Origin: Verrucomicrobiota bacterium
GTDB taxonomy: Bacteria; Verrucomicrobiota; Verrucomicrobiia; Limisphaerales; CANJXF01
Length of the DNA stretch: 64,000 nucleotides
Direction of reading: 5' to 3'
NCBI GenBank assembly: GCA_038214755.1
Contig: JBBQRQ010000003.1
Coordinates: 55,059-119,058, forward strand
Position numbers and translations under genes: made by a program. Under the pieces are notes generated by a model, which did no database searches, was not told the DNA's origin, and saw nothing but the letters and a program-made list of their open reading frames with translations. Below are positions 50,146-59,567 of the stretch, piece by piece (the stretch's first letter is position 1; each line of letters opens with the position of its first letter).

Positions 50146-51519
50146 ATGACGTTTTTGAAACTAACGGTCACTGTCCTGACGTGCGTGTTGCTCGCAGCCT
50201 GCAAACCCAAGGAGCAGGCGAAGAAGGAGTCTCGTCTGGCGTGGAATAATGCGACGGCTCTCCAGGCATACGAGAAGCATGGGAGCAAGAATCCCAAATG
50301 GGATGCTGATGCGAAGCGCTGCCTCAGCGAATATGTGAAACTTCGCGGGGGTATCACGAACTACGAGGCGCGAACTCTCGCTTGGGACCTCACCGGAACC
50401 TATGCCGCTTCCGCCATTGAGAAGGGCTGCGACGATCCTCTCATCGAATACCTTTCTTGCCGATTCTCCAGGGGGATTCCCAAAGACGAACTTACTACGC
50501 GGCTTTGTCGGAGCGCTGATAAAATGGAGGGCAGCCGGTATCCGCCGGTCCGAAAATTCTTTGCCAACTTACGCGCCGGTGAAGCGTTGTGGGTAGGTCG
50601 TAATACGAATGTATGGAACCGGGTCTCGCAATACCGCACTTCCGCTCTAAATAATTTAACCGAGATGGTGAAGGACGAGAAAACGCCCATTGAGGAGATC
50701 GATGAAACCGGCCATGAGCTGATTCAGATCATTGGGACCAGCGCATGGGAGTTAAAACTGTTCATCGATCAAGCGGAACCCATTCTCATAAAAAACTGGG
50801 CGCATAGCGACGTCGCTTACTCCATTCAGGCGGCTCTCTATTATAACTACGCATGGCGGGCGCGCGGCGGTGGATATGCCGACAAGGTAACGGAGGAAGG
50901 CTGGAAAGGATTCCGGGAGCGTTTATCGGTGGCAATCCAGGCCGCTGAGAAAGCTTGGTCGTTAAATCCGAAGAATACCCGCATTCCCACTTTGATGATT
51001 AAGCTCGCCGAAGCGACGCAACAGCCGCGCGAAGAGATGGAACGGTGGTTTGCCAAAGCGATGGAGCTTGAACCCAATAACTACAACGCTTGCCAGTGCA
51101 AGCTTCACTATCTCTATCCTCAATGGTATGGCTCTCCTGAAGAAATGATTCAATTCGGCCGGGAATGCGTGGAGTCCGAAGTCTGGACTGGAACTGTTCC
51201 GTTGATCCTGGTTGAGGCTCACGACCAAATCTCTCTTTACATCCGAGACAAAGAAAAGAGGAAAGCCTATTGGAAGCAGCCCGAAGTCTGGAAAGATATT
51301 GCGTCAGCCTACGACCGGTTCTTTGAGCGGAATCCGGACGGAATAGGTTGGCACCACAATTACGCCTGGTACGCCTACCTCTGTGAGCAATGGGATACGC
51401 TCAATCAAGAACTCAAACTTCTGGGGGATGTGAACTATTCCTATTTCGGCGGGGAGGAGGAATACAACAAGATTGTGCAGCTCGCGAAAAAACATGCGGG
51501 AGCCCCGCTGGGGAAATAG
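50146..51519 (+). CDS. Helical-repeat lipoprotein (DUF4034-like)
   Basis: Lipobox LAAC; AWRARGGGYA...F.ERL, YLYPQWYGS. Confidence 0.7.
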   Translation: MTFLKLTVTVLTCVLLAACKPKEQAKKESRLAWNNATALQAYEKHGSKNPKWDADAKRCLSEYVKLRGGITNYEARTLAWDLTGTYAASAIEKGCDDPLIEYLSCRFSRGIPKDELTTRLCRSADKMEGSRYPPVRKFFANLRAGEALWVGRNTNVWNRVSQYRTSALNNLTEMVKDEKTPIEEIDETGHELIQIIGTSAWELKLFIDQAEPILIKNWAHSDVAYSIQAALYYNYAWRARGGGYADKVTEEGWKGFRERLSVAIQAAEKAWSLNPKNTRIPTLMIKLAEATQQPREEMERWFAKAMELEPNNYNACQCKLHYLYPQWYGSPEEMIQFGRECVESEVWTGTVPLILVEAHDQISLYIRDKEKRKAYWKQPEVWKDIASAYDRFFERNPDGIGWHHNYAWYAYLCEQWDTLNQELKLLGDVNYSYFGGEEEYNKIVQLAKKHAGAPLGK

Positions 51520-51654
51520 GTGCAGCCTGAGGGATACGGTCACGCCTCGCTTACTATTCGACACTCTTCGGATTACAGGCGGACTCTTCCATTTCCGAAG
51601 GGCAGAGCCGGGTGTCTCCTTAGAAAATTCCGCAACATCGTCCGTAAAAATCTT

Positions 51655-54600
51655 CTACGGCGAAACCACGCGATAAAACCGGGCCGCATAATTCGTCGCC
51701 GAGCGATCCGCAAAAATAAAGTTGGTAGCGCCAGCGCTAAAATTTGTCAGGTCAATCCACGGAATTGGATTCGCTCCCAAATTGGTGGTCGCTTGCACGC
51801 GGTAGTTTTGGCCGACGGTCAGCGAAATAGTGGCGTTGAACCCCGTGCTCGTCATACTGAATGGCCCGATAAACCTCGGCGCGCTTGGGCCATTGGTCGC
51901 AACGACGGAAACATTGAATTCGCTCGTGTCTCCGCTCGTTTGGTCCGTGGCCGTGGCGGAGAAATATTGGCCGGCAAAATTTCCACTCGCCGTCAGGGTA
52001 AAAACTGAACTGCCGTCGCCGCCGTTCGTAACGGTAAGGCTGCCCAAATAGATTTGTCCCTCGCTGTACCCGGATTGATTGGGGGTCGGGCTGCGATACA
52101 CGTCGATGAGAAACGTTTTATTTGTGGCGCTATCCAGCGTTCCCGAAATCACAGTGCTCGATCCACTCGCGACGGCACTGGTGATGACTGGATAATTTTG
52201 CAAATTGTTAGCGCCGGTATCGGCGTCACCAATGTCGTTTGCCGTAACTCCATTAAAATCCTCTATTCCGCCGACCAGATTGATGCTCAGACGTCCATTG
52301 GAAAAAATGGTGTTCCCACGAATCGTATTTCCCACACTGTTATTGCCATTGTCGCTGCCAACGTAAACTCCGGTGAGCCCGTTGAAGGCGATTTTATTTC
52401 CTGCGCCGGAACCATCCCGCGCGAGACCCACCACATTGCTGCTTGCGCCATTGAAGAACACGAAGCCGTCCCAGCCATTGCCCAAAGCGTTTGTCCCGTT
52501 GGCTTGAGTGCCAATAAAATTGCCTTGAATCAAATTGCCACTGGTGTTGGTGCCGGAAGCATAGATGCCGCGAAATGTATTTCCCGAAATCACGTTGCCC
52601 GCGCCCACCGCCGGCCCGCCGATCACATTCTCGCTCGCGCCTTCAATGTAGATGCCCTCTGAATTTGGCCTGGCGTTGGAGCCAACGGCATCGGGGCCGA
52701 TGTAATTGCCTTGGATAAAATTTCCCGACGTGCCGAGGTCGCCTAGAAAAACACCGGCACCGAGATTGCCGGAAATAATATTTCGCGCTCCGCTGACAGT
52801 TCCGCCGAGCGTGTTGTTGGTGGCGCGGTCGGAAAATAACACGCCATAATAACTCGGCACCAGCGTCGAGCCGTCCGGCGCGAGGCCGATGTAATTTCCC
52901 TGAATCAGATTGCCGCTGGTGCCGGGACCGCCGACGACGATACCGTAAGATCCGCCGCCAATTATATTTCGCGCGCTCACGGTCGTGCCGCCGATAGTGT
53001 TGGAAGTTGCGCCGAAAAAAATCGTCGCGCCCGCATAACTGTTCGCGACAGCATTGAAACCGGTGGAATCTGTCCCGATAAAATTTCCCTGCACCCGATT
53101 CCATGACGTGCCCGAACCGGACAGCCGAATTCCTTCCGACGGGTGGCCGGAGAGAACGTTGCCCGTGATGAGATTGCTTTGCGCGGCGTCAACCACGTAA
53201 ACGCCCAAAAAGGAATTCGGCAGCGCAGCCGCGCCCGCCGCGTTGAGACCAATCCAATTTCCTTGCAGGACGTTGTTGTTCGCCGCGCCGATCCAGATGC
53301 CGAAATTAAAATTGCCGGAAATCACGTTGCGCGCGCCAGCATTCGTGCCGCCGATGAGATTATCGTGCGTGGCGTTGACGAGGAGCGCGCCGCCAAATGA
53401 GTTGGAGACGGCGTTTAATCCGGAGAAGTCCGTGCCGATGAAATTTCCTGAGATCGTATTTCCCAAGGTGTTCGAGTCGCTGATGTAAAGGCCATACTCG
53501 CCATTGCCGGAAAGAATATTTCGAGCGAGAGCATTCGTTCCGCCGATTAGATTACGACTCGCGCCGCGGTCGATATAAATCCCTTGATGCGCATTCGGCG
53601 CGGCGTTGCTGCCGGTGGAATCGAGGCCGAGCCAGCAACCGGCCACGGTATTGTTGGTCGAATCGGCGTAACGAAAAGTCAGGCCATTCCAGTTGAAGCC
53701 GCGAAACGAAATGTTTTTGATCTGATTGTTCGCCGAATAAATCAGCAGGCCGGTGTTGGATGTCAAAGTCTCGGGCAGAATTTGCGAGCCGTCCACCACG
53801 ATGACCGGTTTGTTGGTGAAACCCGGTTGGGTGGAACCGTCAATCACCATTCCGTTCGTGACGAGCGGCGGCAGGTGTCCGGTGAGGCGAACCGTGAAAA
53901 CGCCATTGCTGTAACCGGGATCATTCGTCGGAATGTTGAAGCGGACGATTGCACCGGGATTGTCAGTCACATAATACAACGCGGCGCGCAAACTTCCGGG
54001 CCCGATATCAGCCGTCGTGGTCACAATATTGGTGAGGGTTGAGACTGGCGGGCCGTAAAGAAATCTCAAGGCCGCGCGGTCGCCGGGACTGAGAGCGAGA
54101 TTGCCCATGCGAAATTCATAGCGCGGGACATACGGCGGCTTGGGTCGCTGCGTGGCGAGGACACCCGGTTGAACGGAAGCAAAATCCCAACCCAGATGCA
54201 TGACTGATTCAAAATCATAATTGCCGTTGGTGACACTCGTTGGATCGATTTGAAAATTTCCTAGATTGCCCGACGAAACATTATTGGAAATCACAGTAAG
54301 AAAATTCGTTTGGTCAGGCCGGATGTTTTCGTGAAGGAAACCAAAGGAGTGTCCCATCTCGTGCGTCACTTGCGCGCGGCTGAGACTGGAAATAGAAATC
54401 ACCTGCGGATCGTAGCCGCTGGAGACGTTGTTAAAATTATTGGAGTTGAACGTGAAAAGGATCCAACGGGTTTGGTTGGAGTGAGAAACGAATTTTACGT
54501 TGGCGGCGAGCTCCCATTCGCGCAAGCCATGGAGATAAGTTTGCTGCTGCGCAACGCTGAGCGTGTTGGTGAATTCATAAGGCACAACCCCGTTTGGCCA

Positions 54601-54744
54601 CGGGACATTCGCGGGTGACGTGCCGGAATAAAAGTTTCCGGCGAATGCGATCTCCGCTGAGAAAAAGATGGCGAGGGCCACAAGGCGCAGTTGAGAACTT
54701 ATTAACCCAAGCTTATCCCGGCAAAAACGATTTTCTCTTTTCAC
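51655..54744 (-). CDS. Secreted M12/astacin-like metallopeptidase with beta-helix repeats and C-terminal 'RFYR' domain (start uncertain)
   Basis: WPNGVVPY, HEMGHSFGFLHE, YDFESVMH Met-turn; repeated N.I.GN.IG...ARN.ISGN. Confidence 0.88.
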   Translation of the reverse strand: MKRENRFCRDKLGLISSQLRLVALAIFFSAEIAFAGNFYSGTSPANVPWPNGVVPYEFTNTLSVAQQQTYLHGLREWELAANVKFVSHSNQTRWILFTFNSNNFNNVSSGYDPQVISISSLSRAQVTHEMGHSFGFLHENIRPDQTNFLTVISNNVSSGNLGNFQIDPTSVTNGNYDFESVMHLGWDFASVQPGVLATQRPKPPYVPRYEFRMGNLALSPGDRAALRFLYGPPVSTLTNIVTTTADIGPGSLRAALYYVTDNPGAIVRFNIPTNDPGYSNGVFTVRLTGHLPPLVTNGMVIDGSTQPGFTNKPVIVVDGSQILPETLTSNTGLLIYSANNQIKNISFRGFNWNGLTFRYADSTNNTVAGCWLGLDSTGSNAAPNAHQGIYIDRGASRNLIGGTNALARNILSGNGEYGLYISDSNTLGNTISGNFIGTDFSGLNAVSNSFGGALLVNATHDNLIGGTNAGARNVISGNFNFGIWIGAANNNVLQGNWIGLNAAGAAALPNSFLGVYVVDAAQSNLITGNVLSGHPSEGIRLSGSGTSWNRVQGNFIGTDSTGFNAVANSYAGATIFFGATSNTIGGTTVSARNIIGGGSYGIVVGGPGTSGNLIQGNYIGLAPDGSTLVPSYYGVLFSDRATNNTLGGTVSGARNIISGNLGAGVFLGDLGTSGNFIQGNYIGPDAVGSNARPNSEGIYIEGASENVIGGPAVGAGNVISGNTFRGIYASGTNTSGNLIQGNFIGTQANGTNALGNGWDGFVFFNGASSNVVGLARDGSGAGNKIAFNGLTGVYVGSDNGNNSVGNTIRGNTIFSNGRLSINLVGGIEDFNGVTANDIGDADTGANNLQNYPVITSAVASGSSTVISGTLDSATNKTFLIDVYRSPTPNQSGYSEGQIYLGSLTVTNGGDGSSVFTLTASGNFAGQYFSATATDQTSGDTSEFNVSVVATNGPSAPRFIGPFSMTSTGFNATISLTVGQNYRVQATTNLGANPIPWIDLTNFSAGATNFIFADRSATNYAARFYRVVSP

Positions 54745-54857
54745 ACTTCCTCCAAATGGTTTGCGTTTCGCGCCTCCAGAATTATTCCGACAATACAAAC
54801 CTGACGACCATTGTCATTGAAATTCGCGGCGCTCGCAGAATTGGCGCGTTGGCATAA

Positions 54858-54932
54858 CGGAACGCCGATCTCCAGATCGGCAGTCGAAAACTCCCCATTT
54901 TCCACGAGCCGATCAGGAGATCGGCGTTCCGT
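54858..54932. repeat. REP-like inverted repeat
   Basis: cggaacgccgatctcc...ggagatcggcgttccg. Confidence 0.85.
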
Positions 54933-55005
54933 TATTTGGCAAGGAAGTGAGATGCGCCTTTCACGCCTCGACACTTCACCGATGATTTGTTAGCAACTCG
55001 CCGCC

Positions 55006-56082
55006 ATGTCCCGCGAGTCGCTCAAATCCGTCAGCCGCATCGTCGTGAAACTCGGAACCGGTGTCCTGACCGATTCAAAAAAACAGCCCGACCTTGCGCA
55101 GATGAAACAGCTCGTCGCGCAGGCGGCGGCCTTGCGCAAAGCCGGCAAAGAAATTCTCATCGTCACTTCGGGCGCAGTCGGTGCGGGCATGGGAGTTTTG
55201 GGTCACACGCGCCGTCCGACGCAACTCGCCCAGATGCAAGCCTGCGCTGCCGTCGGACAATCACGGCTCATGACGACCTACGAAAAACTTTTTGCCGACT
55301 TCGATTTGAATGTCGCACAAGTCCTCCTCACTCACGATGATTTGCAACATCACGAACGCCATCTCAACGCGCGAAATACTTTGGTCACGTTGCTCGAACA
55401 CGGCGTCATTCCGATTATCAACGAGAACGACGCCGTCTCATTCACTGAATTGAAATTTGGCGATAACGACAAACTTTCCGCGCTCGTCGCTTGTTTGCTG
55501 CCCGCCGATCTCCTCGTGATTTTGACAACGGTCGATGGCGTGCTCGAAAATTTTGGAAAAGAGAATCCAAAAACCATCCGTCAAATCGACCGCATCGATG
55601 AAACGCTGGAAAAAATCGCGAGCGGAACGACAAGTGAAACTGCCGTCGGTGGAATGGCCTCGAAAGTGCAAGCGGCGAAAATCGTGACCCGCGCCGGGAT
55701 TCCGCTGGTGATTGCTTCTGGCGGAAAAAAGAAAGTGCTGGCGAACATTTTGCAAGGCGAGGACGAAGGAACCCTTTTCCTTCCGCAAGCCGACAAGTTG
55801 CCTGGACGAAAACGGTGGATCGCGTTTTTCCATTCGCCGCGCGGCACGTTGTACGTCGATGACGGTTGCAAAGAAGCGTTGCGCGAGCGCGGCACCAGCT
55901 TGCTGCCGCCCGGAGTGACGAAATGCGAAGGAGAATTTGCGGCCGGAGAAGTCGTGCGCGTCTGCGATGCAAATGGAACCGAGTTCGCTCGCGGAATTTC
56001 AGCTTTCAATTCTGAAGCGCTGAAAGGTCGCGGCTTATCGAGGACAGAAGTAATTCACCGGGATAATCTGGTCATTCTGTAA
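55006..56082 (+). CDS. proB: Glutamate 5-kinase
   Basis: VVKLGT, SGAV, AAVGQ, NEND, FGDNDKLSA, GGMASK, PUA domain, HRDNLV. Confidence 0.97.
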   Translation: MSRESLKSVSRIVVKLGTGVLTDSKKQPDLAQMKQLVAQAAALRKAGKEILIVTSGAVGAGMGVLGHTRRPTQLAQMQACAAVGQSRLMTTYEKLFADFDLNVAQVLLTHDDLQHHERHLNARNTLVTLLEHGVIPIINENDAVSFTELKFGDNDKLSALVACLLPADLLVILTTVDGVLENFGKENPKTIRQIDRIDETLEKIASGTTSETAVGGMASKVQAAKIVTRAGIPLVIASGGKKKVLANILQGEDEGTLFLPQADKLPGRKRWIAFFHSPRGTLYVDDGCKEALRERGTSLLPPGVTKCEGEFAAGEVVRVCDANGTEFARGISAFNSEALKGRGLSRTEVIHRDNLVIL

Positions 56083-56170
56083 ACGTCCAACATCCAACGT
56101 TCAACGTTCAACTTCCAATGGGCACTGGCGACTTTTGAACGTTGAACGTTGGATGTTGGATGTTGAACGT
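56083..56170. repeat. Inverted heptamer arrays
   Basis: (aacgttc/aacatcc)n facing (gaacgtt/ggatgtt)n, forming a long hairpin. Confidence 0.8.
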
Positions 56171-56179
56171 TTTCCAATA

Positions 56180-56890
56180 ATGAAACAAAAACCTGCCATC
56201 CACCATCTCCTCGCCGTCATGAAAAAACTGCGCTCGCCCCAGGGTTGCCCGTGGGACCGCGAGCAAACCCACCTGACGCTCCGTTACCATGCCGTCGAAG
56301 AAGTTTATGAATTGATCGACGCGATTGAATCCAACGATGACGACGAACTCGCCGAAGAACTTGGCGATCTTCTGCTGCAAATTGTCTTTCATTGTCAGCT
56401 CGCTCAGGAACGTGGCGCGTTCAATTTTGAAAAAGTAGCGCGACACATCACGGAGAAATTGATTCGCCGCCATCCGCACGTCTTCGGCAAAACGAAAGTC
56501 AAAGATGTCGATGAAGTTTGGGCGAACTGGGAAAAAATCAAACGCGCCGAAAAACACGGAACCAAACACCAACGCGCCTCTGCTCTCGACGGAATTCCCA
56601 AACATCTTCCGGCGCTGCTTCGCGCGGAAAAATTGGTGAAGAAAGCGCGCAAAGCGAAGTTAATCGAATCTCCGGTCGGGCTGCGTTGCCGGGCAGTCCA
56701 AATTAATCACGGACCTGCCGCAGCGCGTCCCTGCCAAAAGAAATTAAGCAAAACCGCCATTGCCAAAGACCTTTTTGCTCTCGCGGAATTCGCCCAAATA
56801 AAAGGATGGAGCGCGGAAGAGTTGCTGCGCCGCGAAATCAAAAAACGGGAACACATCTTACGAAAAAAAGAGATCGTTGCGCAAAAGTAG
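56180..56890 (+). CDS. mazG: MazG-family nucleotide pyrophosphohydrolase
   Basis: GCPWDREQT, EEVYE, EELGDLLLQ, KLIRRHPHVF. The C-terminal part contains a translated palindrome. Confidence 0.9.
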   Translation: MKQKPAIHHLLAVMKKLRSPQGCPWDREQTHLTLRYHAVEEVYELIDAIESNDDDELAEELGDLLLQIVFHCQLAQERGAFNFEKVARHITEKLIRRHPHVFGKTKVKDVDEVWANWEKIKRAEKHGTKHQRASALDGIPKHLPALLRAEKLVKKARKAKLIESPVGLRCRAVQINHGPAAARPCQKKLSKTAIAKDLFALAEFAQIKGWSAEELLRREIKKREHILRKKEIVAQK

Positions 56891-56901
56891 CGTGCGCCGT
56901 C

Positions 56902-57753
56902 ATGAACTTTTCTAAGCCAACTTTCAAAGGCTGGACAAAACCGGGGCCGGTTCCGCCGGGCGCGGTGGGAATCGGGACTGATGTCGAACCTGGCGAAACA
57001 CTCGACGCGATCAGCGGCTACTTCCGAATTTTCCAACTGGAAAACGGACATCGCTTTTCGACCGACGACGTTTTGACGGCGTGGTACGGGACGAGTTGGT
57101 GTCCGTCCGCTCGAACTGTTCTCGATCTCGGCAGCGGCATCGGAGCGGTTGGAATGATTGCAGCGTGGCGTTTGCCGGGCGCGAAGTTTGTCGCGGTCGA
57201 AGCGCAGGAAGAAAGCGTCCGGCTCGCAAAAAAATCCGCGCGCTGGAACGGACTCGAAGACCGATACGAAATCCGGCTCGGCGATTTCCGCGACGAAAAA
57301 ATTCTTCGCGCCGACGAACGTTTCGACCTTGTCCTCGGCAGCCCGCCGTATTTTCCGCTCGGCAGCGGCGTCGAAGGAGATCACCCGCAAAAAATCGCCA
57401 GTCGTTTTGAAATGTGCGGCAACATCGCCGACTATTGCGCAACGGCGGCAAAACATTTGGAACCCGGCGGATTTTTCGCGTGTGTGTTTCCAGTCGCACC
57501 CGAGGAACAACATCAGCGGGTGAAGGATTCCGCCGCCCAAGCCGGCTTGACCCTCGTCCGCTGGCGTCCGGTTGTGTTGCGCGAAACCGAACGTCCGCTC
57601 CTCGGATTATTCGGGATGATGCGCTCGCACGATTTGCCCGAACCCATGCGGAACAAAATTTGGGCGGAACCGCCGCTCATCGTTCGCATTCACGACGGCA
57701 CGGTCCATCCCGAATATTCCGCAGTGAAATTATCATTTGGATTTCCACCGTGA
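56902..57753 (+). CDS. SAM-dependent methyltransferase (tRNA1Val A37 N6-methylase-like)
   Basis: GHRFSTDD, LDLGSGIG, SPPYF. Confidence 0.82.
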   Translation: MNFSKPTFKGWTKPGPVPPGAVGIGTDVEPGETLDAISGYFRIFQLENGHRFSTDDVLTAWYGTSWCPSARTVLDLGSGIGAVGMIAAWRLPGAKFVAVEAQEESVRLAKKSARWNGLEDRYEIRLGDFRDEKILRADERFDLVLGSPPYFPLGSGVEGDHPQKIASRFEMCGNIADYCATAAKHLEPGGFFACVFPVAPEEQHQRVKDSAAQAGLTLVRWRPVVLRETERPLLGLFGMMRSHDLPEPMRNKIWAEPPLIVRIHDGTVHPEYSAVKLSFGFPP

Positions 57754-57879
57754 AAATTCCCGATTTGGCTGCATTGGGTTTTCATTTCTAATTCCCAGCG
57801 CCTTGCTTTGACACACCCGGTGGCCTATTCTGAAAACGCTTTGAAACAACCTTTCATCAACGTCTCCGAGAAAAATCAA

Positions 57880-58062
57880 ATGACGGCCAACAAACTATCG
57901 ATCCAAGACGATCTTCAAGCAGGCATTGACCGGGCGGCGGAAATTTCCCGAAAAATGAAATCCGGTGAAATTCGTTTTCCCAAAGGAGTTTTTCGCTTCA
58001 AAACTGTGGAAGAGTTTGGCGAATGGAAGAATAACATTCTGGAAGGCAAACCCCCTCAATAA
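57880..58062 (+). CDS. Small hypothetical protein
   Basis: 60 aa with the motif PKGVFRFKTVEEFGEW. Confidence 0.55.
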   Translation: MTANKLSIQDDLQAGIDRAAEISRKMKSGEIRFPKGVFRFKTVEEFGEWKNNILEGKPPQ

Positions 58063-58137
58063 AATTAGGTTGGCATCAAAGAATGATGAACGCGGCGTTT
58101 TTGATTCTTCCCGCAATTTGTTTTATTTTTCAAATCT

Positions 58138-59256
58138 ATGACTGACCCGCGTTACACAAAACTGGCGAAACTTCTCATCGAATATTCCACCGCGCTGAAA
58201 AAGGGCGACAACATCCTGATCGACATGATTGATGTGCCGGACGAATTCTCGGTCGAGTTGATGCGCGCGGCGCGGAGGGTTGGCGCAACGCCGATTGTGG
58301 AAGTTCGGCATGGACGTGTCATCCGCGAAGTCGTTCGCGAGACGAATGAAAAACACGCGACACTGATGCGCGACGTGGAATTGTTTCGCATGAAAAAAAT
58401 GCAGGCTTACATCGCCGTTCGCGGCAGCGCCAACGCCAGCGAAAATTCTGATGTCGAAAGCGATTTGCTCGCCATGTATTCCAAGGTTCTGCGCCCGGTT
58501 CAAAATTATCGCGTCAACAAAACGCGCTGGTGTGTTTTGCGCTGGCCGACGCCGAGCATGGCGCAGGCGGCGGGCATGAGCACGGAAGCGTTTGAGAATT
58601 TGTACTTCGATGTTTGCACGATGGATTATAAAAAAATGGCGAAGGCGATGGTTCCGTTGCAAAAGCGGATGCGCAAAGCAAAAGCAGTCCGGCTCGTCGC
58701 GCCCGGCACAGATTTGACCTTCAGCAAAAAAGGAATCGCCGCAATTCTGTGCGAAGGCATCCGCAACATTCCAGACGGCGAAGTTTTTTCCTGCCCGGTG
58801 AAAAATTCCGTCAACGGCGTCATTCAATTCAACACGCCGACGATTTATTCCGGGACGAAGTTTGAAAATGTGCGGCTGGAATTTAGAGACGGCAAAATTT
58901 TCAACGCCACTTCCAACAACACCAAACGCCTCAACGAGATTTTGGACACCGATCCAGGCGCGCGTTACATCGGAGAATTTTCACTCGGCTTCAATCCATA
59001 TATCCTGAGTCCGATGTGCGACATTTTGTTCGATGAAAAAATTGCCGGCTCGCTCCACTTCACTCCGGGGCAAGCCTACGAAGTTGCCGACAACGGAAAT
59101 CGTTCCGCCGTGCATTGGGACATGGTTTTGATTCAGCGCAAAGAATGGGGTGGCGGCGAAGTCTGGTTCGATGGCGAAGTGATTCGCAAAGACGGAGTGT
59201 TTTTGCCGAAAGATTTACAGCCGTTGAATCCGAAAAATTTGAAATCCCAGCCGTAG
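58138..59256 (+). CDS. M29-family aminopeptidase
   Basis: NIPDGEVF, IGEFSLG, LFDEKIAGSLH, SAVHWDMV. Confidence 0.95.
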   Translation: MTDPRYTKLAKLLIEYSTALKKGDNILIDMIDVPDEFSVELMRAARRVGATPIVEVRHGRVIREVVRETNEKHATLMRDVELFRMKKMQAYIAVRGSANASENSDVESDLLAMYSKVLRPVQNYRVNKTRWCVLRWPTPSMAQAAGMSTEAFENLYFDVCTMDYKKMAKAMVPLQKRMRKAKAVRLVAPGTDLTFSKKGIAAILCEGIRNIPDGEVFSCPVKNSVNGVIQFNTPTIYSGTKFENVRLEFRDGKIFNATSNNTKRLNEILDTDPGARYIGEFSLGFNPYILSPMCDILFDEKIAGSLHFTPGQAYEVADNGNRSAVHWDMVLIQRKEWGGGEVWFDGEVIRKDGVFLPKDLQPLNPKNLKSQP

Positions 59257-59300
59257 TTGCGTGGCGAGAGAGCGCGGATGATCAAGTGTGATGTTGTAGA

Positions 59301-59450
59301 TTCCCTCTCCTCCGGGGAGAGGGTTAGCGTGAGGGCGAGCAACCTTCTCCACTGAATAATTCCGGATGAACGCAGGTCCGCCGGGAACATTCAGTAAAAA
59401 GAAACGCTCGACCTCGCCCCGGCCCTCTCCTCCGAGAAGAGGGAGAATAT
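59301..59450. repeat. ccctctcc...gaggg palindromic repeat pair
   Basis: Same family as 25534-25725. Confidence 0.75.
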
Positions 59451-59567
59451 TATGCAGCGCTGGAAAATGTTCGCCATTGAACGCCCAAACGAGCGCGCCG
59501 ATTCTGGCGTTGAGTAAGGGTTCGTTTCGAGACTTTGGAAAATTTGTTCGCGTTTCGCGAAACGCGG

